Positions 52,107 through 62,274 of a stretch of DNA of 64,000 bases are shown here, piece by piece. Source of the DNA: Limisphaerales bacterium (GTDB lineage Bacteria > Verrucomicrobiota > Verrucomicrobiia > Limisphaerales > SIBE01); the NCBI GenBank assembly GCA_044225505.1, contig JBGAIN010000006.1, forward strand, positions 62,001 to 126,000, given 5' to 3'. The translations under genes were made by a program, and so were the position numbers. A model generated the notes under the pieces. The model did no database searches, was not told the DNA's origin, and was given only the letters and a program-made list of their open reading frames with translations. Position 1 is the first letter of the stretch, and the number at the start of each line of letters is the position of its first letter.

Positions 52107-52817
52107 ATGCAGTCTGGTATTCGGATCAAGGATTTACCCGGGACGGAACGACCTCGCGAACGGCTCGCGCAACAGGGAGCGGACGCGTTACGGAACGCGG
52201 AGTTGCTGGCGATCTTGCTGCGCACGGGTTTAAAAGGTGCGTCGGCGGTACAAGTGGCCGAACAGCTGCTCAGCCGCTTCGAGAGCTTGGATCAGTTGGC
52301 GCGCGCCTCTCTCGCGGAGCTTCAGCAGACCAAGGGGATAGGGTTGGACAAAGCCATTGCGCTGAAAAGTGCGTTTACGCTGGCACGCCGCCTGGCCCAG
52401 GAGATTCAGAGTGACTCCCCGGTCTTAGACACGCCGGAACGGATCGCGGATTTGTTGCGAGAAGAGAATCGCTTGTATCAAGTGGAGCAGTTCCAGGTGG
52501 TATTGTTAAACACGAGGCGTCGGTTGATTCGCCTGGAGCGGATCTCGCAAGGAACGCTCGATACGTTGCTGGTGCACCCGCGGGAAGTCTTCCGGGTCGC
52601 GATCGCGGGCAATGCCTCGGCGATCGTGCTGGTGCATAACCACCCAAGTGGAGACCCGACACCATCCGAAGCGGACATCAAAGTGACGCGCGACCTGATC
52701 CGGGCGGGGCAGCTTCTCAAGATTGACGTGCTCGACCACATTATCCTGGGGCGCCGCACGCAGGAACGAAATAAAGATTTTGTGTCGTTGCGCGAGCTTG
52801 GTTATTTTTACAGTTAA
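52107..52817 (+). CDS. radC: RadC (JAB-domain) protein
   Basis: ERPRERL...ELLAILLRTG, VHPREVF, VHNHPSGDPTPSEAD, LDHII. Confidence 0.95.
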   Translation: MQSGIRIKDLPGTERPRERLAQQGADALRNAELLAILLRTGLKGASAVQVAEQLLSRFESLDQLARASLAELQQTKGIGLDKAIALKSAFTLARRLAQEIQSDSPVLDTPERIADLLREENRLYQVEQFQVVLLNTRRRLIRLERISQGTLDTLLVHPREVFRVAIAGNASAIVLVHNHPSGDPTPSEADIKVTRDLIRAGQLLKIDVLDHIILGRRTQERNKDFVSLRELGYFYS

Positions 52818-52833
52818 CCGATTCACCAACGTC

Positions 52834-53112
52834 ATGAGCACTCCTGAACAACCCAAGGCGACCGGGCGGTTTCGAAGGTTAAAATGGACGGTGGGAATCG
52901 TGGGGGGAGTCCTGTTGGCTTACCTCTTATCCGCGGGGCCCGCCTTGTACTGCGCGCAACGGCGACTGGTAGCGACCGAGACGGTCGAGAAATTCTATTT
53001 CTCGCCTTACACGCCATTTGAACTCACGAGAAACATTGTGCCGGGAGCAGAACTGCCGTTGACGATGTACATCAACTGGTGGCAATCGCTCACGCCGGAG
53101 TTGAACCACTGA
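52834..53112 (+). CDS. Small hypothetical membrane protein
   Basis: Basic N-terminus, TM helix with YLLSAGP, YINWW near the end; 16 nt after radC. Confidence 0.6.
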   Translation: MSTPEQPKATGRFRRLKWTVGIVGGVLLAYLLSAGPALYCAQRRLVATETVEKFYFSPYTPFELTRNIVPGAELPLTMYINWWQSLTPELNH

Positions 53113-53220
53113 GCGCGGCCCGCTGCGGGGATGCTCGGGCCTCGCCGCAGCACTCCTCCTAGTTTTCAAACAGGCTCTGAGCCTGAGTGGAAGGGCGTGA
53201 TCAGAACTGGGTTGAGGCGG

Positions 53221-53401
53221 GGAGCGCGGCTGTATCCGCAGGATCCGCCGCAGAACTTAGCCGGCTTCGGGATCCGAGCGTGTATCGTCAGACCAGCCGC
53301 AGTCGTTCCGCCTATGGCAGCGCGCATTGAAGAGAGCGACGAGGTTCTGCGCCTCGGTTGCCTCTGCGGCTAGGCTCGATGACTTGCCATAGCCGCGCTC
53401 C
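53221..53401. repeat. GGAG-type REP-like inverted pair
   Basis: GGAGCGCGGCT (53221) and AGCCGCGCTCC (ending 53401) perfect 11-bp inverted ends; internal GCCGCAG/CTGCGGC copies. Confidence 0.55.
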
Positions 53402-53595
53402 GCGGAAGTCAGGTCGGCTGACCTCAGCTACTTTTGACTGCGCCTGAGCGGAAAGACGTCAAAAGTCCGCTCGCCACAGCCCGCGAAGCGCGTTTATCCT
53501 GCCGTTGCGATGCAAAGCTCTCGCCGTGTTCAACGAACTCAGTTGCGCCCGTGCTCAGGAAATGGGCGAATCGCCTCTGTGCGTTTGCTGCCGCC

Positions 53596-54429
53596 ATGAT
53601 TCATCCGACCGCAATTATCCATCCAGGTGCAGAACTGGACGCAACCGTCGAGGTTGGGGCGTATGTCGTGGTGGATGGCCACGTGCGGGTGGGGCCAGAC
53701 TGCCGGATCGGGCCGCACTGCTACCTAACCGGCCATACGACGATCGGGAAGGGCAACCAGTTCCACGCGGGCTGTGTCATTGGCGACGCGCCGCAAGATT
53801 TGAAATACCGGGATGATCCGACGCGGTTGCGGATTGGAGATGAAAATGTCTTTCGCGAGCATGTGACCGTGCATCGATCGAATAAGCTGACCGAAGACAC
53901 GGTCGTGGGATCGCACAACTTTCTCATGGCAAACAGTCATGTGGGGCACAACTCGCACCTGGGCGACCATATCATCATTGCAAACGGCACATTGCTCGGG
54001 GGACATGTCTGCGTGGCGGACCGGGCGTTTCTCTCGGGCAATTGCCTGCTCCACCAATTCGTGCGCGTGGGCACTCTCGCGTTGATGCAGGGCGGTGCGT
54101 CCATCAGCAAGGACTTGCCTCCCTTTACCATCGCGCGCGGTCAAAATCATATCTCCGGCTTGAACACGATTGGCCTTCGGCGTGCAGGAATTTCGAGTGC
54201 GGATCGCTTGAAACTCCGGCGAGCGTATCACGCGCTTTTTCGAAGCGGACGGCCGCTTCATGAAGGGTTGGAGAATGTCCGACGCGACTTGGGATGTGAA
54301 CCGGTGCGGGTGTTGGCAGCCTTTGTAGAGTCGGCCAAACGCGGGGTGTGTGCGGATCCCGGTGCCGGCCTTAAGAACTCCGCGGACGAGTCTACCAGGG
54401 AAGAGACGACCGCCCAGCAAGAGGCGTAA
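53596..54429 (+). CDS. lpxA: Acyl-ACP--UDP-N-acetylglucosamine O-acyltransferase
   Basis: MIHPTAIIH, hexapeptide repeats, PQDLKY, HVGHN, LLHQFVRVG, GLNTIGLRR.G. Confidence 0.92.
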   Translation: MIHPTAIIHPGAELDATVEVGAYVVVDGHVRVGPDCRIGPHCYLTGHTTIGKGNQFHAGCVIGDAPQDLKYRDDPTRLRIGDENVFREHVTVHRSNKLTEDTVVGSHNFLMANSHVGHNSHLGDHIIIANGTLLGGHVCVADRAFLSGNCLLHQFVRVGTLALMQGGASISKDLPPFTIARGQNHISGLNTIGLRRAGISSADRLKLRRAYHALFRSGRPLHEGLENVRRDLGCEPVRVLAAFVESAKRGVCADPGAGLKNSADESTREETTAQQEA

Positions 54430-54716
54430 ACCAGGATTAACCAGGCGACCGGCCAGTGCTGGAACCCTTGGGTGTGCGGCAGCTGCGCCAGCAGCGCCTG
54501 CAGCCAGTCACCGCCCGGGAGAACGATCAGCCCAAGGAGAGATCCGGCGAGAGTCATGCCCGGGACGATCCAAGTGCGCCCAATGCGCGGCCAACGCCAG
54601 ATCGGGCGCTGCGGGACGGCAGCGAGCACACGCTCAGTGAATCCGTCGTCTGCTACCCAGTCGGATTCCGAGCTGAGGAGTGTCTGCAATTGTTGGTCAA
54701 TATCAACGTCACGCAT
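54258..54716 (-). CDS. Putative membrane anti-sigma factor
   Basis: Overlaps the sigma stop; DDGFTERVLAAVP then two hydrophobic segments; 3' end overlaps lpxA. Confidence 0.6.
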   Translation of the reverse strand: MRDVDIDQQLQTLLSSESDWVADDGFTERVLAAVPQRPIWRWPRIGRTWIVPGMTLAGSLLGLIVLPGGDWLQALLAQLPHTQGFQHWPVAWLILVYASCWAVVSSLVDSSAEFLRPAPGSAHTPRLADSTKAANTRTGSHPKSRRTFSNPS

Positions 54717-55260
54717 AACCATTCACGGGTGACCTTGCTTCTAGATACCGGCGCAGCTGCTCTTTGCCACGCGAGATATGGGTTTTTACAGTGCCTAACG
54801 GACATTTCAGCACGGCGGCGGCTTCTTCGTGCGTCATGCCTTGCTGGTAACAAAGCGTGATGGCCGCGTGCTGATCTGCAGAGAGGGATGCCATGGCCGC
54901 ATTCAAGTCGGCCGTGGCGTCGTGGGAAGGCTCGGGTGCAGTTTCGGCGAGAAGGCTCTCGGCCAGGGCTTCGTCGAGCGGCACCGCGGGCTTGAGTCGG
55001 CGTAGACCGTTGCGAAATTCGTTGTAGGCGATGGAAAAGAGCCAGGTCCGAAATGCGCCCGAGCCCCGGAAGGTCTTAAGCCCGCGGTAAGCCCTCAGGA
55101 AGGTCTCTTGGGCCAGGTCGTCAGCCCATTCTAAATCGTTCTGGGTGAGACGGCGGAGCCAGGCACGGACCGGCCCCTGATACCGAGCGACCAGCTCGCC
55201 GAAAGCGTCCGGGTTGTCCCGCAACGCTCGGTCTACCAGTTCGATGTCAGAAGCTGCCAC
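54709..55260 (-). CDS. ECF-family sigma factor
   Basis: AFGELV.RYQ, ADDLAQETFLRAY, FRTWLFSIAYN, PLGTVKTHI.RG; GTG start. Confidence 0.92.
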   Translation of the reverse strand: MAASDIELVDRALRDNPDAFGELVARYQGPVRAWLRRLTQNDLEWADDLAQETFLRAYRGLKTFRGSGAFRTWLFSIAYNEFRNGLRRLKPAVPLDEALAESLLAETAPEPSHDATADLNAAMASLSADQHAAITLCYQQGMTHEEAAAVLKCPLGTVKTHISRGKEQLRRYLEARSPVNGYA

Positions 55261-55275
55261 AACGGAGGGTCCAAC

Positions 55276-55917
55276 CTAGGCGGTTTCTTTGCGGCGATCG
55301 AGTCTCCAAAGCACCAGGTAGGCCAATCCGGTAAAGACGGGAATTAAACCCAAACCCCAGGCTCTGGAGCCGTGCATGATCACGCCGAGAAGAAACATCA
55401 GCCCGATCCCTGACCAGAGCAAAAGAAGGCCTCGACGGAAGTCGGACATTTTCGGTTTGGTTGGTTCGGTAGGGGCGACCAGTTCGGGGGGGATCGCCAC
55501 ATTCCGTTCCATCAGCCCGCGGACAATTTCGTTCAATCGTTGGTAATTCTTGTAGCGAGCGAACAGAACTCCAGCGGCAAAGGCGATCGGAAAGGTAAAA
55601 AACTGCAGCAAGATCAACAAGGGATAGTTCGACTCCGCGTTTTGTGCTCGTATCTCGGCAATGGCGATACGCTGCTCCGCGGCTCGAAGCTGTTGCTCCT
55701 GCACATTCCGGAGTTCCGAAGCGAGAACATAAGGCTCGGATGGCGGGGAAGCCTGGGCGACAGTGGCCGGGCTCGTGGTGACTGTGGGGTCGAGCGGTGG
55801 CGGTAAAACGGGCAAGGGATCCTCCACCGTCGGAGTTTCCGGGGCTTGAGCCCGGTTGATCGCTGGCGACCCGAGCAGGATCGCAGTGAGAGTGACTAAG
55901 GTGTATACGCCTTTCAT
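55276..55917 (-). CDS. Membrane protein (DUF6249-like) co-transcribed with the ECF sigma
   Basis: Signal-like N-terminus; IPPEL, SDFRRGLLL...GIGL, GLIPVF.GLAYL. Confidence 0.65.
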   Translation of the reverse strand: MKGVYTLVTLTAILLGSPAINRAQAPETPTVEDPLPVLPPPLDPTVTTSPATVAQASPPSEPYVLASELRNVQEQQLRAAEQRIAIAEIRAQNAESNYPLLILLQFFTFPIAFAAGVLFARYKNYQRLNEIVRGLMERNVAIPPELVAPTEPTKPKMSDFRRGLLLLWSGIGLMFLLGVIMHGSRAWGLGLIPVFTGLAYLVLWRLDRRKETA

Positions 55918-56132
55918 AACAGGAGTGAAGGTAGCGACGGTAATGGAAATCGTTGCATCTATCAGGTTAGAGGCGTTCTCAAGGCCGTTTGGATTCAAGA
56001 AAGTGGCTTGGCGGAAAACGCCGACGCGCGATCGACCGGGCGGACCTTCAGCGAAAACGCAAAGAAGATCTCCGATTCTTACTCTGGGGGCTACTTGACT
56101 TCTTTTCCTCCATCCGAAAGATTCATCCTCTT

Positions 56133-57914
56133 ATGGCTGACCCTAAAGTCAACGAGTTGATGGAGAAGATCGTGTCGCTCTGCAAACGGCGGGGTTTCGT
56201 CTTTCAATCATCGGAGATCTACGGCGGGATCAATGGGTTTTGGGATTACGGTCCGCTCGGCGCTGAGCTGAAGCGCAACGTAAAGGAGCAATGGTGGCGG
56301 AGCATGACGCAGCGTGAAGATATCGCAGGCCTGGAAGCGTCCATCATCATGCATCCCAAAATCTGGGAAGCGAGCGGGCATACTTCGACGTTTACCGATC
56401 TCATGGTCGATTGCCTGATGACGAAGCGCCGTTTCCGCGCGGATCAGGTCGAGCCATTAAGCGGGACAGTCTACCACTACGACGGCTGTGAAGATCCCGT
56501 CAGTAAGAAGGTGCACAAAGACCCGTTCTCCGCCATCGTGCTGCCGGGCAAATCCGAGGACAGCGCGCGAAAGCTCGCGTATCGTTATTACCAAGAACGG
56601 GGCATCAGCGGCGCACAACTCCTCGGCGAACGCACCGAAAAGGTCGAAAACACCACCCGGTTTAATCCCGAGAACGGCAGTTTGTTGACGGAGGCACGCC
56701 CGTTCAACCTCATGTTCAAGACGTATGTCGGCCCGGTCGAAGCGGCCGAGAACGTGGCTTACCTCCGTCCCGAGACCGCCCAAGCGATTTTCGCGCAGTT
56801 TAAGAACGTGCAGGAAGTTTCACGCCAGAAAGTGCCGTTCGGCATCTGTCAGATTGGCAAGGCCTTTCGCAACGAGATCAATCCGCGCAATTTCACCTTC
56901 CGTTCGCGCGAGTTTGAGCAGATGGAAGTGGAGTTTTTCATTAAACCGGATGAAGCCATCGTAATGCAGAACGGAAAGGTGGCCGCGACGGGTGGGGCGG
57001 GGCACCCGGGAGAACCTCAGCCCGATTGGGGCTGGGAGCTGTGGCATAAATACTGGGTTGAAGAACGGATGCGGTTTTACGAAAGCATCGGCTTGCCGCG
57101 CACATCCCTGGAGGAGTACTGGCAGAAGCCGGACGAATTGGCGCACTATGCCAAAGCCACGGTCGATATCCTTTACAAGTTTCCGTTCGGCACCCAAGAG
57201 CTCGAAGGCATTGCCGCACGCGGAGATTTCGATTTGTCTCAGCACCAGAAATTCACGGGCAAGTCGATGGAGTATTTCGATGACGAGGTGCGTCTGGCCG
57301 CCACGAAGACGGATGAGGCGACGAAGGGCGAGTTGTTGAATCGTTATGCGGAAGTCAAACGCCAGGCGTTTCTGAAGCGAGGTTTGGATGCTACCGAAGC
57401 GGCCGCGCAAGCGGAAGCCGAGGCGCGGAAGTTTTTCGATCGCCTCGCGAAGGGGAACTATATCCCGCACGTGATTGAGCCCAGTGCGGGAGTGGACCGC
57501 TTGATTCTCGCGCTGATCTGCAATGCTTATTGCGAAGACCAGGCTCCCGATGAAAAAGGCAAGATGGAGACTCGGATTGTGATGCGCTTTCATCCGCGGA
57601 TCGCTCCGATCAAAGTGGCGATCTTTCCCCTCCTGAAGAATCGGCCCGAGCTAGTGAAAAAGGCGCGAGAGGTCTGTGCGCTGCTCCGTCCGCACATGAC
57701 GGTGTTCTATGATGATAGCGGCGCAATCGGCCGGCGCTATCGGCGACAGGATGAAGCGGGAACGCCCTTCGGTGTGACCATCGATTTTGACACGTTGGGA
57801 GAGAAAGGGCCTGATCTGAAGGATACCGTGACCCTGCGCGATCGAGACACAATGCAACAAACGCGGGTAAAGATTGACCAGCTTCCGGGCTTGCTGCTGG
57901 AGAAGGTTCGTTGA
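56133..57914 (+). CDS. glyQS: Glycine--tRNA ligase (alpha2 homodimeric type)
   Basis: SLCKRRGF.F.SSEIYGG, YLRPETAQ, FRNEI.PRNF.FR.REFEQME, VIEPSAG.DR, IGRRYRRQDE.GTP. Confidence 0.96.
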   Translation: MADPKVNELMEKIVSLCKRRGFVFQSSEIYGGINGFWDYGPLGAELKRNVKEQWWRSMTQREDIAGLEASIIMHPKIWEASGHTSTFTDLMVDCLMTKRRFRADQVEPLSGTVYHYDGCEDPVSKKVHKDPFSAIVLPGKSEDSARKLAYRYYQERGISGAQLLGERTEKVENTTRFNPENGSLLTEARPFNLMFKTYVGPVEAAENVAYLRPETAQAIFAQFKNVQEVSRQKVPFGICQIGKAFRNEINPRNFTFRSREFEQMEVEFFIKPDEAIVMQNGKVAATGGAGHPGEPQPDWGWELWHKYWVEERMRFYESIGLPRTSLEEYWQKPDELAHYAKATVDILYKFPFGTQELEGIAARGDFDLSQHQKFTGKSMEYFDDEVRLAATKTDEATKGELLNRYAEVKRQAFLKRGLDATEAAAQAEAEARKFFDRLAKGNYIPHVIEPSAGVDRLILALICNAYCEDQAPDEKGKMETRIVMRFHPRIAPIKVAIFPLLKNRPELVKKAREVCALLRPHMTVFYDDSGAIGRRYRRQDEAGTPFGVTIDFDTLGEKGPDLKDTVTLRDRDTMQQTRVKIDQLPGLLLEKVR

Positions 57915-58402
57915 TGCCTGAACCCAAGCAAAGGGCACCGACGCTTTACGCCATTATCGTGATTAAGCTTCTGAAAGGAGCGCTGTTCCTTTCAATGGCC
58001 ATTGCGGCTTACACCTTATCGGACAACGATCTCCCGGTAGAATATCGACACCTCCTCCATCATCTCCGGCTAAACCCGGAGAAGAAGTTCTTCAGCGAAC
58101 TCGCGGTTAAAGTCGGCAAGATCACCGAGGCCAATGTCCTTTGGGTGGCGGCGGGGACCGCTGTCTATAGCGCCTTCTCGCTGATTGAAGGGATAGGGTT
58201 GATCTTCCGGGTTCGTTGGGCGGGATGGATGGCCATTGGCGAGTCGGCCTTCTTTATCCCGATAGAAGTGTTCGATCTGGTGCATAAGATGACGACGACC
58301 GTTGTGGTCATCCTGGCCATCAATATCGTGATCGTTTGGTACCTGTTTGCCAATCGGCACCGACTCTTCAAACATCACCATCATCAGCGGCACGAAGATT
58401 GA
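57914..58402 (+). CDS. DUF2127-like membrane protein
   Basis: IIVIKLLKG, IEGIGL....WA.W, FIPIEV, N..IVWYL; His-rich tail. Confidence 0.72.
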   Translation: MPEPKQRAPTLYAIIVIKLLKGALFLSMAIAAYTLSDNDLPVEYRHLLHHLRLNPEKKFFSELAVKVGKITEANVLWVAAGTAVYSAFSLIEGIGLIFRVRWAGWMAIGESAFFIPIEVFDLVHKMTTTVVVILAINIVIVWYLFANRHRLFKHHHHQRHED

Positions 58403-58431
58403 ATGCGATTCCAGAGCTCAGTTGCGCAGCG

Positions 58432-61400
58432 ATGTTGCTGCTCACAGCCCTGGGCGCGGAACTGCCACAGAAGGCGCTCACGCCCGGGAATGCGTCTTCC
58501 AAGGTGCGGAGCTGGAATTTGGACTTCTCCGAGGGCGGGCACGCCGGATTCACGCTGCTTCCGCCCGAAGCAACCGGGGTTAGCTTCACCAATGTCCTTG
58601 CAGCGAGCCGTTCCATCACCAACCATGTCCTCCTGAACGGATCGGGCGTCGCGGCCGGAGATATCGATGGCGATGGGCGAGTCGATCTCTACTTTTGCGG
58701 GTTGGATAACTCCAATCGGCTCTTTCGCAACCTGGGCGACTGGCGGTTCCAGGATGTGACAGACCTAGCGGGCGTGGGTTGCGTGGGGACCGATTCGACA
58801 GGGGCGGCCTTCGCGGATCTCGATGGGGATGGCGATCTCGATCTGGTGGTCAATTCCATTACGCAGGGCACTCGAGTCTTCCTCAACGATAGCAAGGGCC
58901 GCTTTCAACCGTCGGCCGCGAACTCGCTCTTGAACGAGGGCCAAGCGGGCACGTCGCTCGCACTGGCAGATATGGATGGAGACGGAGCGCTCGATCTCTA
59001 TGTCGCGAACTATCGTCCCATGTTCTTCTTTCTCGACAAGCCGGAGACGCGCTATTCCATTCGAACGATCAACGGGCAGCCCCAAGTGGCGTTGATTGAT
59101 GGGCGCCCCCTCACTGATCCCGATTTGACCAACCGGTTCATCTTTCAGCTGCAAGCAGCGGATGGAAAGATCACTCTGGGCAAAGAAGAGGTCGGTCAGG
59201 TGGATGCTCTCTACCACAACGATGGTCAGGGACGGTTTCACGCCATTCCCTGGACCGGAGGCGCTTTCCTCGACGAGGATGGCAAAACCCTTTTGGCGCC
59301 GCCGCGGGATTGGGGATTGTCCGTCATGTTTCGTGATTTAAACGGGGATGGTCTGCCCGACCTGTACGTCTGCAATGATTTTAGAACGCCGGATCGGATT
59401 TGGTGGAACCAAGGCCAGGGCCGGTTCCGCGCCGCGCCTCGGCTTGCGCTTCGCCACATGTGCCTTTCGGCGATGGGACTGGATGTAGCCGATGTCAACC
59501 GCGATGGCTGGTTCGATATTTTCGTTGCGGACATGCTCAGTACGGACCACGCCCGCCGCCTGGTTCAGCGGATTGATTTACGACCAGAAACGACCGCGAT
59601 CGGGGCCATTGAGAATCGTCCGCAATACTCGAAGAACGTGCTCCAACTGAGCCGAGGCGATGGCACCTTTCTAGATATCGCTGACCTCTGCGGTTTAGAA
59701 GCTTCGGACTGGACCTGGTCTCCCATTTTCCTCGATGTGGATCTGGACGGGTTCGAAGACCTGATCATCGCCAATGGTTTTGAGCGCGACACCATGAATA
59801 TGGATGCGCAACACCAGTTCGAATCCATGGCTCGCGAGCAAAAACTCACCGGACTGGAGCGGCTGAAACTGCGGCGACTCTACCCGAGATTGAACACGGC
59901 GAACCTGGCGTTCCGCAACCTGGGCGGATCCAAATTTGAAAATGTCTCAAAGCAGTGGGCGTTTGACACTCCGGCGATCTCACAAGGCATGTGCTTGGCC
60001 GATCTGGACAACGACGGAGACCTGGATGTCATCGTCAATAATATGAACTCGGTCGCAGGCCTCTACCGCAACGATAGTTCAGCCCCACGGCTTGCGGTGC
60101 GCCTGCGTGGGTCTGTGCCAAACACCCACGGAATTGGCGCACGAATCGAAGTCTTCGGTGGACCTGTTTATCAGAGCCAGGAGATGATTTGCGGGGGGCG
60201 TTATTGTTCGAGCGATGACACGATGCGCACTTTCGCGTGTGGTTCTCTCACAAACGAAATGACCATCGTGGTCACCTGGCGCTCGGGTGCTCGGTCGATC
60301 GTCGAAGGCGCTCGCGGAAATCGCCTCTACGAAGTTGTCGAATCCGAGAGAGTCGCGGGCCAAGCGGAACAAGCCCTCCCGACGGTGCCGTCGAACTTTG
60401 GTCGGCAGCTAGCGGCTTTCCCATCGACCAACAGGAGCTTTCCCATTCTCCAGGCCAGCATCCCGGGTCAGGCGTCTCGGACCGGCGGACCGCCGCCGAC
60501 GGGGACATCCGTTCCAAAACCCTATTTCCGAGACGTGAGCGACCGATTGTCTCACACGCATCAGGAAAATGGCTTTGACGATTTTGTCCGCCAACCCTTG
60601 CTGAGCGGAAAGCTCAGTCAAAGCGGACCGGGCGTCTCCTGGTGTGATCTAGACCAGGATGGCTGGGAAGATCTCATCGTGGGAACCGGGCGTGGAGGTC
60701 GATTGGGAGTTTATCGAAATGACCAAAATGGTGGATTTAAGAGTTTCACCCCGGGGAGCTACGCCGCGCCTTTGCCTAGAGATAGCACCACCATTTTGGG
60801 GTGGCAGAAACCAGGCGAGCCTTTCGCCCTCCTCGTCGGACTGGCTAGCGACGAAGATGGCCAAACAAATGCCGCGACTGTGATGGAGTTCGACGGGATA
60901 CGCGGAATGCCTCGGGCGGTCATTCCGGGCAGTTCGAGCAGCTGTAGTGCGCTGGCCATGGCCGACATCGACAACGACGGAGATTTGGACTTGTTTGTCG
61001 CAGGAAGAGTGGTGCCTGGGCGATATCCCGAAGCCGCGAGCTCCAGGCTTTTTCGCAATGAACGAGGCACCTTTCAACTTGATGAGTCCAACACCCAGGC
61101 GTTGGCCAAAGTGGGCATGGTAACCGGGGCGGTATTCAGCGACCTGGATGGCGACGGGCAGTCCGACCTTGTAGTGGCATGTGACTGGGGACCTATCCGC
61201 GTGTTTCGAAACAACCGCGGTGTTTTCGAGGAACAAACTCAGGCCCTGGGCCTGGACAAGTTCACGGGCTGGTGGACTGGAGTTAACGTGGGGGATTTCA
61301 ATGGAGACGGTCGCTTGGACATCGTCGCGGGGAACTGGGGCAAAAACTCCCGCTACGAAATCGCCCGGTCCATGCCGTTGCGTCTTTATTACGGAGACTT

Positions 61401-62265
61401 TAACGGCGATGGGTCGGTCCAAACGCTTGAAGCGTACTTTGATCCAGCGCGAAAAACGTGGGTTCCATGGCGGCGTCTCGATGAGGTGGCTAAGGTGATG
61501 CCCTTCGTTAATGCGGCGTTTGGAAGTTTTGAAGAATTCGGCCGAGCGGATGTGGCCGGCATTTTGGGTGATCGGACATCTCGAGCGACCGTGTTGGAAG
61601 CCAACTGGTTGGAATCGACCCTCTTTATCAATCGAACGGATCGATGGGAAGCTTCGCCCCTGCCTCTTGAGGCTCAAATCAGCCCGGCGTTTGCCATTTG
61701 CGTGGGGGATTTGGATGGCGATGGCTTGGATGACTTATTCCTGAGCCAGAATTTCTTCGCTGTGGCGCCGGAGATGGCTCGGTACGATGCGGGTCGTAGC
61801 CTGTGGCTCCGCGGCAATGGAGCCGGGCAATTTCAGGCGATCTCCGGAATGGAAAGCGGCTTGCTGGTTTATGGCGAACAGCGCGGCGCAGCGCTATGTG
61901 ACTACGATCATGATGGTCGCTTGGATTTGGTCGTCTCCGAGAACGGCGCGGCGACGAAGCTTTACCATAATGAAACCGGTTTACCCGGCCTTAGAGTGCG
62001 GGTTCGCGGCGCGAAAGGTAATCCCTATGGCATCGGTGCTGCCGTGCGACTCAAGACACCGAATGGGGTTGGTCCAACACGAGAAATCCGCGCAGGCGCT
62101 GGGTATTGGTCCCAAGACAGTGCCACGTTGCTGATTTCAACAACCGATCATCCTGAGTCTCTAGAGGTTCGATGGCCGGGAGGGCGTTGGAAAACGGTGC
62201 CGATCCCTGAGGGTGCGCGAGAGATCGAGATCGGCGAAGATGGGAGCAGCCAAAGAATTAAGTAA
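58432..62265 (+). CDS. Secreted FG-GAP/VCBS repeat protein with two ASPIC/UnbV domains (CRTAC1-like, tandem)
   Basis: Many D(L/I)DGDG.LDL repeats; GIGARI.V...Q.QE...GG.Y.S and GIGAAV.L...REI.AG.GYWSQD domains; true start probably ATG 58403 in another frame. Confidence 0.88.
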   Translation: MLLLTALGAELPQKALTPGNASSKVRSWNLDFSEGGHAGFTLLPPEATGVSFTNVLAASRSITNHVLLNGSGVAAGDIDGDGRVDLYFCGLDNSNRLFRNLGDWRFQDVTDLAGVGCVGTDSTGAAFADLDGDGDLDLVVNSITQGTRVFLNDSKGRFQPSAANSLLNEGQAGTSLALADMDGDGALDLYVANYRPMFFFLDKPETRYSIRTINGQPQVALIDGRPLTDPDLTNRFIFQLQAADGKITLGKEEVGQVDALYHNDGQGRFHAIPWTGGAFLDEDGKTLLAPPRDWGLSVMFRDLNGDGLPDLYVCNDFRTPDRIWWNQGQGRFRAAPRLALRHMCLSAMGLDVADVNRDGWFDIFVADMLSTDHARRLVQRIDLRPETTAIGAIENRPQYSKNVLQLSRGDGTFLDIADLCGLEASDWTWSPIFLDVDLDGFEDLIIANGFERDTMNMDAQHQFESMAREQKLTGLERLKLRRLYPRLNTANLAFRNLGGSKFENVSKQWAFDTPAISQGMCLADLDNDGDLDVIVNNMNSVAGLYRNDSSAPRLAVRLRGSVPNTHGIGARIEVFGGPVYQSQEMICGGRYCSSDDTMRTFACGSLTNEMTIVVTWRSGARSIVEGARGNRLYEVVESERVAGQAEQALPTVPSNFGRQLAAFPSTNRSFPILQASIPGQASRTGGPPPTGTSVPKPYFRDVSDRLSHTHQENGFDDFVRQPLLSGKLSQSGPGVSWCDLDQDGWEDLIVGTGRGGRLGVYRNDQNGGFKSFTPGSYAAPLPRDSTTILGWQKPGEPFALLVGLASDEDGQTNAATVMEFDGIRGMPRAVIPGSSSSCSALAMADIDNDGDLDLFVAGRVVPGRYPEAASSRLFRNERGTFQLDESNTQALAKVGMVTGAVFSDLDGDGQSDLVVACDWGPIRVFRNNRGVFEEQTQALGLDKFTGWWTGVNVGDFNGDGRLDIVAGNWGKNSRYEIARSMPLRLYYGDFNGDGSVQTLEAYFDPARKTWVPWRRLDEVAKVMPFVNAAFGSFEEFGRADVAGILGDRTSRATVLEANWLESTLFINRTDRWEASPLPLEAQISPAFAICVGDLDGDGLDDLFLSQNFFAVAPEMARYDAGRSLWLRGNGAGQFQAISGMESGLLVYGEQRGAALCDYDHDGRLDLVVSENGAATKLYHNETGLPGLRVRVRGAKGNPYGIGAAVRLKTPNGVGPTREIRAGAGYWSQDSATLLISTTDHPESLEVRWPGGRWKTVPIPEGAREIEIGEDGSSQRIK

Positions 62266-62274
62266 AGAAAGAAT

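Noticed and set aside
52107..52817. radC as marker of a mobile element or as the JAB partner of the MoaD-like protein
   Set aside because: It is the full-length chromosomal type, 18 kb from the Ubl gene, with no integrase or other mobile genes nearby.
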